The notes beneath the pieces are model-generated. The model had not been told where the DNA came from. It ran no database searches and saw only the letters and a program-made list of their open reading frames with translations. A stretch of DNA of 56,493 nt from IMG/VR virus record IMGVR_UViG_3300038701_003149, positions 1 through 56,493 of that record. One strand, written 5' to 3'. This document shows positions 1 to 7,464 of the stretch, one piece after another. Position 1 is the first letter of the stretch, and each line of letters opens with the position of its first letter. The stretch comes from a virus. The position numbers and the translations under genes are program-made.

Positions 1-127
1 ATGTCCTGAAGGACAAAAAAGTACTGATAACTGAATAAGTCGAAACTCCCTGCTTGGGAGTCTGCCAGAACTGACCTACTGGCACTGATGAGACAGGTCA
101 AGGAATAACACAAAGCGCCAAAGCTCT
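1..127 (+). repeat. Terminal direct repeat, copy 1 (identical to 56367..56493)
   Basis: Read base by base: atgtcctgaaggacaaaaaagtactg...caaagcgccaaagctct occurs at both ends. Confidence 0.95.
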
Positions 128-153
128 GCAAGGCCTAGGCAAAGGAATGAGAT

Positions 154-519
154 ATGAAAGCATTTACTGTAACAGCCATCATTATGGCTTCTGCCTGTGA
201 ATATGTCGCGGGTGAATATGATGGAGATGACTTCTATGATTGCTCAACGGTAGCTGACGAATTCAGCTGTGTTGGCGAAGATAGAGAACAGTATGATTAT
301 GCTGTTGGAGAATTGGAGCTACTTCCAAGAGTCGCAAGGAAGGCTATTAATGTCGTTCGCGATGACATTGTAGATAATGTTCAGGTTAGCCTCTACAAAA
401 GCGATATAGAAGCATTTCAGGCAATTAGAGATCACCTCTATAAAGAGGAAAAAGCCAAGCCAAGAAACATGCCTTGTAACAAATGTGCTGAATGTCCAGT
501 AAGGATGGCTGCATCATGA
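154..519 (+). CDS. Early protein, very acidic/aromatic (121 aa), unknown function
   Basis: ATG ORF preceded by aggaatgagatATG. GEYDGDDFYDC...EDREQYDY acidic tracts and a C-terminal CNKCAEC. Its stop overlaps the next start (ATGA). Confidence 0.6.
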   Translation: MKAFTVTAIIMASACEYVAGEYDGDDFYDCSTVADEFSCVGEDREQYDYAVGELELLPRVARKAINVVRDDIVDNVQVSLYKSDIEAFQAIRDHLYKEEKAKPRNMPCNKCAECPVRMAAS

Positions 520-725
520 CACAACCACTGACTGAACGTATCCAGGGTGAACTCTTCAAACTTGAAGAAGCTGAAAAGCAATACGACTCAATGGATCTCC
601 AGCAACAAATGAACCTCATCCTTGAATTTAAGAAAGCCAACTCAGATAAAGCTAGAGCTACACGTATGGCTCTTATCTCTTTCCTTGCTTTCAAAAATGC
701 GGAGAAAATCAATGAATATAGCTAA
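516..725 (+). CDS. Hypothetical early protein (69 aa)
   Basis: Internal ATG at 516 forms an ATGA overlap with the upstream stop. I consider the longer 492 start unlikely. Confidence 0.5.
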   Translation: MTQPLTERIQGELFKLEEAEKQYDSMDLQQQMNLILEFKKANSDKARATRMALISFLAFKNAEKINEYS

Positions 726-933
726 ACTGCAAGCTGAGTTAGAAGCTGAGCAAAGAGGTAATTTTGACCTCGATATTCTAAAAGAAGAATTAGATAATGC
801 TCAATCTTATTTAGATCAGGCTAAAGATGATCGCAAACGTGCCAAGAGAATGGCCGAAGAAGCTGAAGATGATATCGACCATTGGCAGGGGGAAGTAAAT
901 AGAATCAAGGAAGAGATTGAGGATAAATCATGA
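712..933 (+). CDS. Coiled-coil early protein (73 aa)
   Basis: ATG at 712 preceded by GGAG. Heptad-like charged sequence (AKLQAELEAEQ...). Confidence 0.55.
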   Translation: MNIAKLQAELEAEQRGNFDLDILKEELDNAQSYLDQAKDDRKRAKRMAEEAEDDIDHWQGEVNRIKEEIEDKS

Positions 934-1097
934 AAAAAGCATTTACTAGAGAGCGCAAAGCCACTCATCTTCAGAAGCATATAGAACAAAAAGAAAGAGA
1001 TGAGAAGTTCGCAGAGTTGATGCTAAACATTATCATTGCTGTCTCTATTATGTTTTGTCTTCTCGCTACTGCCTTCAATGCAGGAGCCAGTAAATGA
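930..1097 (+). CDS. Small membrane protein (55 aa), not in the ORF track
   Basis: ATGA overlaps at both ends. Hydrophobic helix LMLNIIIAVSIMFCLLATAF. Confidence 0.45.
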   Translation: MKKAFTRERKATHLQKHIEQKERDEKFAELMLNIIIAVSIMFCLLATAFNAGASK

Positions 1098-1360
1098 AAT
1101 ATGATCTTCCCTCAGGAATAGCCGGAATTGAAACCTCTAGTGACAATCTAGATTTCTGTGAAATTGAATATCACTATCCATGTAAAAGAAGTGAATTGGA
1201 AAAAGCTCTACAAGAATCTTTAGAGCATATTATTAGACGTGATCAACGCTGGGCTCAACTTAAAGAACTCCTGCAAATCTCCATCGATAACTATTCTGAT
1301 AGCTTCAACATGCAAGTTTACCGGGAAGTTATCAAAGAGATGGAAAGGCTGGAGAAGTAA
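1094..1360 (+). CDS. Hypothetical early protein (88 aa)
   Basis: ORF is translationally coupled to the upstream gene. Confidence 0.6.
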   Translation: MKYDLPSGIAGIETSSDNLDFCEIEYHYPCKRSELEKALQESLEHIIRRDQRWAQLKELLQISIDNYSDSFNMQVYREVIKEMERLEK

Positions 1361-1525
1361 GTGTTCAACGAACAAAGAAAAGACCCTTACCCCGGCCAAT
1401 GGATTGTAATCAAAGAAGGAATGCATAAACGCCTCACAATGTGGACGACTAGCAAACCTATTCCTACCTGGTGGGCTCCATGGCCAGCTGACGAATCAGA
1501 CGAACAAAAAAGATTATTGAGATAA
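1361..1525 (+). CDS. Possible GTG-initiated small protein (54 aa)
   Basis: Fills the gap between 1360 and 1530 in an otherwise tightly packed operon. No clear SD. Confidence 0.25.
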   Translation: MFNEQRKDPYPGQWIVIKEGMHKRLTMWTTSKPIPTWWAPWPADESDEQKRLLR

Positions 1526-1529
1526 AATT

Positions 1530-2048
1530 ATGAGTTTACAAGTTAAGGGACATCACCCACTAGCTGAGATTATAGCTAAGTGTCTTACCGGGATTGAAGG
1601 CGATTTTCCGGTTAAAGCAAAACTTCAATGGAAATCTCGCTGTGTTAGAAAAGCTGTGGAATACCATGAACAAGAAATAGAGAAAATTAAAAAAGAACTA
1701 ACTGACACCCGCAAGCAATGGGATAATGAAGTTCAAACCAGACATCGCTACCATGATGATATGGAAAAGATGGAACAGGAATTAATCTCTATTAAAAATG
1801 TTACCTGGAAAAAGATAGAAGATTCCAAATCTCCTGAAGATGAATTCAATATTTTAGTAATGAAAATGAAAGGTTCTAACGAATTAATATCATCATCAAA
1901 ATTCACAATCCTAAGTGAAGGCGACCAAATTATCGAAGTTATATACAACCTTGGAAAGAACTTCTATTTCTTAATGAGTAATTACCTTTCAGGAAACTCT
2001 CATGTAGAAAAATGCTGGGGAATAAAATTCCCTAAAGGTGGTGAGTGA
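1530..2048 (+). CDS. Hypothetical early protein (172 aa)
   Basis: Long ORF. Central charged coiled-coil segment. Confidence 0.65.
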   Translation: MSLQVKGHHPLAEIIAKCLTGIEGDFPVKAKLQWKSRCVRKAVEYHEQEIEKIKKELTDTRKQWDNEVQTRHRYHDDMEKMEQELISIKNVTWKKIEDSKSPEDEFNILVMKMKGSNELISSSKFTILSEGDQIIEVIYNLGKNFYFLMSNYLSGNSHVEKCWGIKFPKGGE

Positions 2049-2329
2049 TGTTACATACTCTTAATGATTTAATAGATTTAGAAGCCTTAGATAATGCTTT
2101 TCATGGAACGAACTTTGGAGAGCCAATTAATTCAAGTTTAGATGAGAAAAAGGAATATACTCTCAAACAATTAGAACAAGTTTTATATGGCTACTACACT
2201 GGATATACAATTACTCAAATTATGATCGAAATGAAATGGCTTACTCCTAAAGGACGTAAGATATCCAGAAAGGGGATGGAAATTTTAAGAGCTAAGAAAA
2301 GAGAGGTCAATAGTAAAAACGCGACCTAA
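2045..2329 (+). CDS. Hypothetical early protein (94 aa)
   Basis: ATGA overlap with the upstream gene. Confidence 0.6.
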   Translation: MMLHTLNDLIDLEALDNAFHGTNFGEPINSSLDEKKEYTLKQLEQVLYGYYTGYTITQIMIEMKWLTPKGRKISRKGMEILRAKKREVNSKNAT

Positions 2330-2410
2330 ATAATTATAAAAACGCGACCGACCACTCACTTTGTCCCTTGCTAAAATCTATAATTAATTATCACTAAAAT
2401 TGAGGTGGAT

Positions 2411-2650
2411 ATGACTGAAGAAGAAAAAGAACAACTTATTCAATACGCTCTGTTTCAGAAAGAATTTGATAATTATATAAGTCAGCCAGGTATCGATTGC
2501 TTTATATCTGAAAGTTACGGTAAATGGGAAGTGAGAATTAATGCTCTCTCTCCATATGGTGAATGGTCAGTATTTAAAAAAAATGAACAAAGAGAGAAGG
2601 CTATGTCAATGGCTTATGTGGAAGCCAAGAAGAAAAAAATAATTAGATAA
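2411..2650 (+). CDS. Hypothetical protein (79 aa)
   Basis: ATG at 2411 lies 5 nt after GAGG. The track start at 2405 is a GTG without an SD. Confidence 0.55.
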   Translation: MTEEEKEQLIQYALFQKEFDNYISQPGIDCFISESYGKWEVRINALSPYGEWSVFKKNEQREKAMSMAYVEAKKKKIIR

Positions 2651-2729
2651 AAAATAGGCCCGCACCTCTGCAAAGGATACGAGCCGGAATAACACCAATG
2701 AAAATATACCTTAAAATGGATAAATCTCA

Positions 2730-2945
2730 ATGAAAAAAAATGCAGGCGCACCAAAAGGAAATAGAAACGCTGTAAAAAACTCTCCAAAGAAGACTGACAG
2801 GGTTGTCATTCAAGTAACTGGAAGGGATAAAAAAATCCTAAAAAAATGTGGAGGAGATAACTTAAGCAAAAGGTTCCTTGAGTCGTTTGTTGAGTCTGAA
2901 GCAAGAAGAGGAAACCCTATAATTTTAGAGTCTCTGAAACTTTAG
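2730..2945 (+). CDS. Small basic protein with GAPKGNRNA motif (71 aa)
   Basis: ORF preceded by an 11-codon micro-ORF (2698..2733) whose stop overlaps this start (ATGA). Confidence 0.6.
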   Translation: MKKNAGAPKGNRNAVKNSPKKTDRVVIQVTGRDKKILKKCGGDNLSKRFLESFVESEARRGNPIILESLKL

Positions 2946-3309
2946 TTAAACTTATTGAGATATTATTTCAAAACAATTATAAACCCCCTCTAAAACCAAA
3001 GTATATTCGCAAGTATTTATATATTAATTAATTATACACATTATGTACTAAATTTGAGACACCTGCACCTTAAAAGAGACACCTCTTTTTAAAACATATA
3101 ATTTCATTTTTTTATTGAGATTTTGTATCATTTAAGTGGAAAATCAATAATATCTGCCATAAAGTTAATGCCAGTTTTGCAGTGAATTGTTATATCAGTT
3201 ATTGATAAGTGGTTCACGAGTACACAATACCAAACATCTGGAATTCAAATAGGTATTGATTTTTTAAATGATTTATAGAGGAAAAACGACATAAAACAAA
3301 CTTTTGTTA

Positions 3310-3338
3310 TTGAATAGGTGGTTAGAATAAATTAGAAT
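3310..3338 (+). promoter_or_regulatory. Candidate sigma70-type promoter TTGAAT-N17-TAGAAT
   Basis: -35 at 3310-3315 and -10 at 3333-3338. No ORF downstream. Confidence 0.4.
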
Positions 3339-3344
3339 ACTGCT

Positions 3345-3477
3345 TGATTAATCATCACCCTACTAGCGACAATACATATATACTTTTTCACCTCTTTTGG
3401 TTTTTACCAATTTGAGGCCTGTCGAACTATATTAAGGGTGTCGCTACCCAGGGTGATGGCAGGCCTCATTTTTTTTT
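3345..3477 (+). ncRNA. Candidate ~130-nt structured small RNA
   Basis: Promoter upstream. 16-bp interrupted helix 3354-3371/3439-3457. 8-bp GC helix 3414-3421/3460-3467 followed by T9. No ORF. Confidence 0.4.
3414..3477 (+). terminator. Intrinsic terminator-like hairpin plus T-run
   Basis: gaggcctg...caggcctc followed by attttttttt. Confidence 0.55.
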
Positions 3478-3730
3478 ACTCTTTTTTTATATACGGTGAC
3501 AACTAATGTCCCATACCCTCACCTACTCTAAATAAAACTAAAATGTAATAGATATAAAATAAAGAATTAATATAATTTTTGCCGGAACAAGCCAATCCTG
3601 AACCCGCCTTATTCAATATGTAAACAGCTTGTTAGGCAAGGCCAATTTTGCTCGGCCTGTTTTTGTTTGCCGGTTCTTGGCGGGACCATGGATTAATTCA
3701 GGTCGCAGCAATTCTTTCAAAGGAGGAAAA

Positions 3731-3886
3731 GTGAAAAGGGAAGAGGCAACAGAGATAAAAAGAGAAGTAGTTCTAACTGTGGATGATGTGAGGTCATTGG
3801 TTAATGTTCTTATGAAATGTGATCAGGCAACTAGTAATAATGAAAAATTGCGGGCACAAAATGGGCACAAACTAAGCATAACCTGA
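3731..3886 (+). CDS. Possible small protein (51 aa, GTG start) next to attP
   Basis: Strong SD aaaggagg 4 nt before the GTG. No recognisable fold. Excisionase role is pure speculation. Confidence 0.3.
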   Translation: MKREEATEIKREVVLTVDDVRSLVNVLMKCDQATSNNEKLRAQNGHKLSIT

Positions 3887-3917
3887 AAAAATAACGGGCA
3901 CAAAAAGCGGGAACAAG
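3852..3917 (+). repeat. Left arm array of GGGCAC(A)AA boxes (3852, 3863, 3896; degenerate copy at 3909)
   Basis: Direct repeats read in sequence, all in the same orientation. Confidence 0.6.
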
Positions 3918-3956
3918 AAATGAGCTCAATTTTACATAAGTCATTGATAGAGAGAA

Positions 3957-4000
3957 TGCACCCGGCGCGATTCGAACGCGCGACCTACGGCTTCGGAGAC
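3957..4000 (-). other. attP core: 3' 44 nt of a tRNA-Arg(CCG) (anticodon loop to discriminator), not a full tRNA
   Basis: Reverse complement reads gtCTCCGAAgccgt-aggtc-GCGCG-TTCGAAT-CGCGC-CGGGTGC-A (CU-CCG-AA loop, T-arm, acceptor 3' strand). No 5' half is present. GC-rich island in AT-rich DNA next to int. Confidence 0.8.
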
Positions 4001-4033
4001 TTTCTGAATATATTTATTATAAACTATTTATGA

Positions 4034-4104
4034 ATTTAACCTTAATTAATGGGCACAAAACGGGCACTATTTAAGGTTAAATCCATTTGGGAAATGGGCA
4101 CAGC
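4034..4104 (+). repeat. Right arm: perfect 12-bp inverted repeat (4034-4045/4071-4082) enclosing two GGGCAC boxes (4051, 4062), plus a third box at 4096
   Basis: atttaaccttaa ... ttaaggttaaat; gggcacaaaa, gggcactat, gggcacagc. Confidence 0.6.
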
Positions 4105-4107
4105 TTT

Positions 4108-4254
4108 TTATTTATCTGTATTTTTTTGCTCAGGCTTAGGAACTAAGCGTTGCTCTCTTATTGGAGTGTTATCATTAGCTTGCTTTTCCACAACCTCTTG
4201 ATTTTGTCTAGGAGGTATTTCTACCTCGTTTATACGTTTGTCTTCATCACTCAT
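4108..4254 (-). CDS. Possible small hydrophilic protein (48 aa)
   Basis: ATG preceded by AGAGG. Low-complexity sequence. Not in the track. Confidence 0.25.
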   Translation of the reverse strand: MSDEDKRINEVEIPPRQNQEVVEKQANDNTPIREQRLVPKPEQKNTDK

Positions 4255-4259
4255 CTATT

Positions 4260-4802
4260 TTACCTCTTTGTTGATTGAGCTGTGTATTCTGGAAATTCTA
4301 AGTTATCAAATTTTTTTGCACTAATTTCAGCTTTATGAATTAAGCTTTTAATATTTTTATTAATTTTGGTTCCCTGCCAGTGTTCATCAGCCTCATTACA
4401 TTTTTTGCTCAATTCTTTGTCCAGGTAATTAAGTCTCTTTTGAAGATCGGGCTCTGTTGTGTAATTTGATAGCTTCTTCCACTCCCTAATAGCCCATTGA
4501 ACATTTTCTTTTTGTTTGCCAGTAACAATATCAATTTTCTTTAAGTGTTCACTGTGAGGCAGACCTTTATGGATAACACCTATTGCAGTCAATATAAACA
4601 CAAATATTGAGCCAAAAACTGTAGTGTCATACATCATACCAAAGAAAGCGCCACCTCCAATAGCAGCACCCACTATATCCGACCAATAAAACACTCTAGT
4701 CCAGTGCAAATGATATTCATGCAAATATTCTCTACTAAAATTTAAATTTGAGACTCTAGTTGCATAATCTGCCTGAAGTTCCAAGCGTTTTTGATTTGTC
4801 AT
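4260..4802 (-). CDS. Two-TM membrane protein (180 aa) between int and attP; candidate lysogenic-conversion/exclusion factor
   Basis: Helices IVGAAIGGGAFFGMMY and VFGSIFVFILTAIGVI, followed by a charged C-terminal domain. Confidence 0.7.
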   Translation of the reverse strand: MTNQKRLELQADYATRVSNLNFSREYLHEYHLHWTRVFYWSDIVGAAIGGGAFFGMMYDTTVFGSIFVFILTAIGVIHKGLPHSEHLKKIDIVTGKQKENVQWAIREWKKLSNYTTEPDLQKRLNYLDKELSKKCNEADEHWQGTKINKNIKSLIHKAEISAKKFDNLEFPEYTAQSTKR

Positions 4803-4857
4803 ATATGCCCTTAAAATTTTTTCTTAATACAAATATAAACTAGAATTGAATATTGAG

Positions 4858-6327
4858 TCAACCCTTTTTAATTACTGGTTTTTCCTGAAGGTATTTTATC
4901 TTTTTAGATTCGCCACTTAAAGAGACTGTAAGATCTTTTGCAACCAAATGACCGTAATGCTCGACAAAGACATCTCTTTCATTTCTTGATAGAGCAGCTG
5001 CTTCATCAATGCTATAGCCATTTCTAATTAGTAGAGATCCGAAAGTGTGTCTGAGATCTCTAGCCAGGAATCCTTTTGGTAAGATCCCGGGATTAATTTT
5101 TTGCTCCCCAGTCTCTTTATCTTTTGGATATTTCCTACCAACTAATTTTTCTGATAATTTATCTGAAGTCCACATTTCTGGAGAGTTCGTCTTTCGCATT
5201 GATTTAGGTTTTGGGAAAAGGTACTTCTCCCCGCTATGGCCATCTTTTAAATATTGTAATAAATGTGGAAGTAAAAATTTTGCATCAACCGGAACTGAGT
5301 CACTTCTATTTTTGGTTTTTAATCCACGCTGATCATGCCATTCAATTTTAAGGAAATAAGCCTCTATCTCTTTTGGACCTTCTTCAGCATCAACAATTCT
5401 CTTTGCGCTGGTAAAATCCTGCAATCGAATTCCTGATAATTCCTTTAAGCCAATGCCGGCATATGCCATGGTTGCAACCACAGCTCTCCAATAAGAATCT
5501 AATCCAGAAAGAATCTCCTCAATGACTGGTAAGTCATGCCAGGTAATTTTTCTTTTTTCTGTGATCTTCTTTTTCATGAGAACCATTCCGACAATTGGAC
5601 TCTGGAAATCATATCTATCTGAAACCCAAGTGAAGAATGGAGAAAGCATTGATCGGACTTTTTTCTTTCTGTATTCTGGATGAGTTGACTCAGATGCCAA
5701 TCCCATTATAAAGTCTCTTATTTGATGCCTGGTTATTTCCGCTGGGTTAACATCCGGATATACTTCAGCAAGCCTTCTACTCATAGAGAGAACAGCTGTA
5801 TATTGGCTGTATGATACATTTTCACGATAAGTTAGTTCAAACTCATCTATGCAATCTGTAAAACTTGGACAATTCTTTGAAGCTTCTACCTGTTTTGCTA
5901 TTATTGATTTTTTAAGCTCATCATAGCCTTGTAGATTTTCAGTTTGAGCATTTATAGTTTTGATTCTCTCGTCTGCTTCTACCACCAAACGAGAGAGTTT
6001 TATCAATATATCTGGATGGCCTTTTAATTTCTCGTCAATAATTATCCGTTCTTTCTCGGAGAAAATTGGATCTAGAAGCTTACTTTTTACAGGTATTCTT
6101 GATTTACTCTGTCCAAAGTAAGCTTTGTAAACTTTTTCATTTACTGCTAATGAAATAGGATCATCGAGCTCAAGCCCAATAATACGCATATAGTCATCGA
6201 CCATACGTTCGGCTATATCTTTATCACTGGATCCGGTCTGAACTTTTACTCGCTTTTTACTTTTACTGTAAATATTGAAAAAGTATTTAGTTCGACCTTT
6301 TGGAATATCTGTTTTAGGCCTGTTCAC
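4858..6327 (-). CDS. int: Tyrosine recombinase / integrase (489 aa)
   Basis: C-terminal catalytic signature ...ARDLRHTFGSLLIRNG...VFVEHYGHL (R, HxxR, Y). Adjacent to attP. Confidence 0.92.
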   Translation of the reverse strand: MNRPKTDIPKGRTKYFFNIYSKSKKRVKVQTGSSDKDIAERMVDDYMRIIGLELDDPISLAVNEKVYKAYFGQSKSRIPVKSKLLDPIFSEKERIIIDEKLKGHPDILIKLSRLVVEADERIKTINAQTENLQGYDELKKSIIAKQVEASKNCPSFTDCIDEFELTYRENVSYSQYTAVLSMSRRLAEVYPDVNPAEITRHQIRDFIMGLASESTHPEYRKKKVRSMLSPFFTWVSDRYDFQSPIVGMVLMKKKITEKRKITWHDLPVIEEILSGLDSYWRAVVATMAYAGIGLKELSGIRLQDFTSAKRIVDAEEGPKEIEAYFLKIEWHDQRGLKTKNRSDSVPVDAKFLLPHLLQYLKDGHSGEKYLFPKPKSMRKTNSPEMWTSDKLSEKLVGRKYPKDKETGEQKINPGILPKGFLARDLRHTFGSLLIRNGYSIDEAAALSRNERDVFVEHYGHLVAKDLTVSLSGESKKIKYLQEKPVIKKG

Positions 6328-6796
6328 TTAAAACTTGACTCACAAATGCTGCAAAAATCGGAAAGTCTTTAGCTGATACTGTAAAGTGATCTTTTCCTGA
6401 ATAGTCAGCTTCTAACCACTCTGCCAGCTTTACAACTGGAACATTAAATTTGTTTTTAAGATCATCATAAGAGTAACCATTTGCTTCTTTATATATCTGA
6501 ATGTTGCAAATGATTGATACAGCGAATTTACAAAGAGAGGCAGTATCATCATCATATGAAGAAGTCTTTCTCTTCATCTCTTCTTGCAATATCGCTGGAT
6601 CTCTATGTTTATTTATTCTAGGCTCAAGAGCTATCATTAGTTTTGGTCTAATTGATTTAGCAGTTCCGTTTGCTATGTTGCCAATTGCCCCATGGCTACA
6701 GCCTAATATCTTACCTGCTTCCCTATAGGTAAGGCCCTTTTCTTCTAACCATTTATTTGTTGCATTCTGAATATCTTCCGAATTCGGAGTTAGCAT
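6314..6796 (-). CDS. HTH (XRE/CI-like) repressor candidate
   Basis: LTYREAGKILGCSHGAIGNIANG helix-turn-helix. Divergent from the Cro-like gene. 14-nt overlap with the int start. The track start 6868 is TTG; I prefer ATG 6796. Confidence 0.65.
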   Translation of the reverse strand: MLTPNSEDIQNATNKWLEEKGLTYREAGKILGCSHGAIGNIANGTAKSIRPKLMIALEPRINKHRDPAILQEEMKRKTSSYDDDTASLCKFAVSIICNIQIYKEANGYSYDDLKNKFNVPVVKLAEWLEADYSGKDHFTVSAKDFPIFAAFVSQVLSEQA

Positions 6797-6976
6797 ATAT
6801 TCATATACCCGTAATTTTAGTTTGTTTAATGTTAATAAAATACGAATTACATTTCGTGTTTCTACCAAAACTATAGTTTCTCTGTAAGTGTTTGTCTAGC
6901 TTTATCTAATGAAAACTTGACATAAATTGCTATTTTTTCCGTCTAGTTATTTATCAATAAAAATACAAACTATACA

Positions 6977-7005
6977 TTGATAAATTAATTTGGTGTGACT
7001 AGATT
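6977..7005 (+). promoter_or_regulatory. Candidate rightward early promoter TTGATA-N17-TAGATT
   Basis: The -35 overlaps the inverted repeat TTTATCAAT (6950-6958)/ATTGATAAA (6976-6984). The -10 overlaps a GACTAG box. Confidence 0.4.
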
Positions 7006-7039
7006 AGTACCCTAATCGCTCAAGATAGGAGGACTGTTT

Positions 7040-7237
7040 ATGAGTAAAAATCGCAAATTAATAAAAGCTATAAATAATAGAGGCTTAAAGAGAACTGAGG
7101 TTGCGATACTGTGTAATCTCTCTGATGTCCAGCTTAGAAAGTTGTGCAGTGGGGAAGCAAAGAATCCAACAACCAATACTCTAAAATCTCTAGGTAAAGT
7201 TTTAAATGTTCCAGTTACGGAGCTCGGCTTTTTTTAA
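7040..7237 (+). CDS. Cro-like small HTH regulator (65 aa)
   Basis: SD taggagg. RTEVAILCNLSDVQLRKLCSG helix-turn-helix. Divergent from the repressor. Confidence 0.75.
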   Translation: MSKNRKLIKAINNRGLKRTEVAILCNLSDVQLRKLCSGEAKNPTTNTLKSLGKVLNVPVTELGFF

Positions 7238-7268
7238 TTTTTCTGTATAGTTATTGGATAGTTATTGT

Positions 7269-7412
7269 ATGAAAGTTACTACATTTAATGAATCTATTAA
7301 GTTGGCAATGATGGGGATCTCACATGATTTCATACCAACTACCAGTGAAGATGAAAACAAAACAAAGGAGAAGGAAAAAACTAGTAGAACACAAGCACAA
7401 AAAAAGCTGTAA
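7269..7412 (+). CDS. Possible small protein (47 aa)
   Basis: ATG ORF in the gap 7238-7464. Weak evidence. Confidence 0.25.
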   Translation: MKVTTFNESIKLAMMGISHDFIPTTSEDENKTKEKEKTSRTQAQKKL

Positions 7413-7464
7413 CGGGAATTACAGCTTCAGTAAAAAAGTCAAAATATTTACAAGGTTATAATAA

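Noticed and set aside
3629-3886. Full 85-aa track ORF (TTG start) upstream of attP
   Set aside because: The N-terminal part runs through GC-rich hairpin-like sequence with no RBS. Only the segment from GTG 3731, after AAAGGAGG, is plausible, and it is kept at low confidence.
3957-4000. A functional tRNA gene
   Set aside because: Only the region from the anticodon loop to the discriminator is present. The sequence where the D-arm and the 5' acceptor strand should be (4001-4035) is AT-rich and cannot pair with CGGGTGC. It is an attP core, not a tRNA.
6868-7039. Leftward maintenance promoter for the repressor
   Set aside because: I looked for minus-strand TTGACA/TATAAT-like pairs with 16-18-bp spacing and found none convincing, so none is reported.
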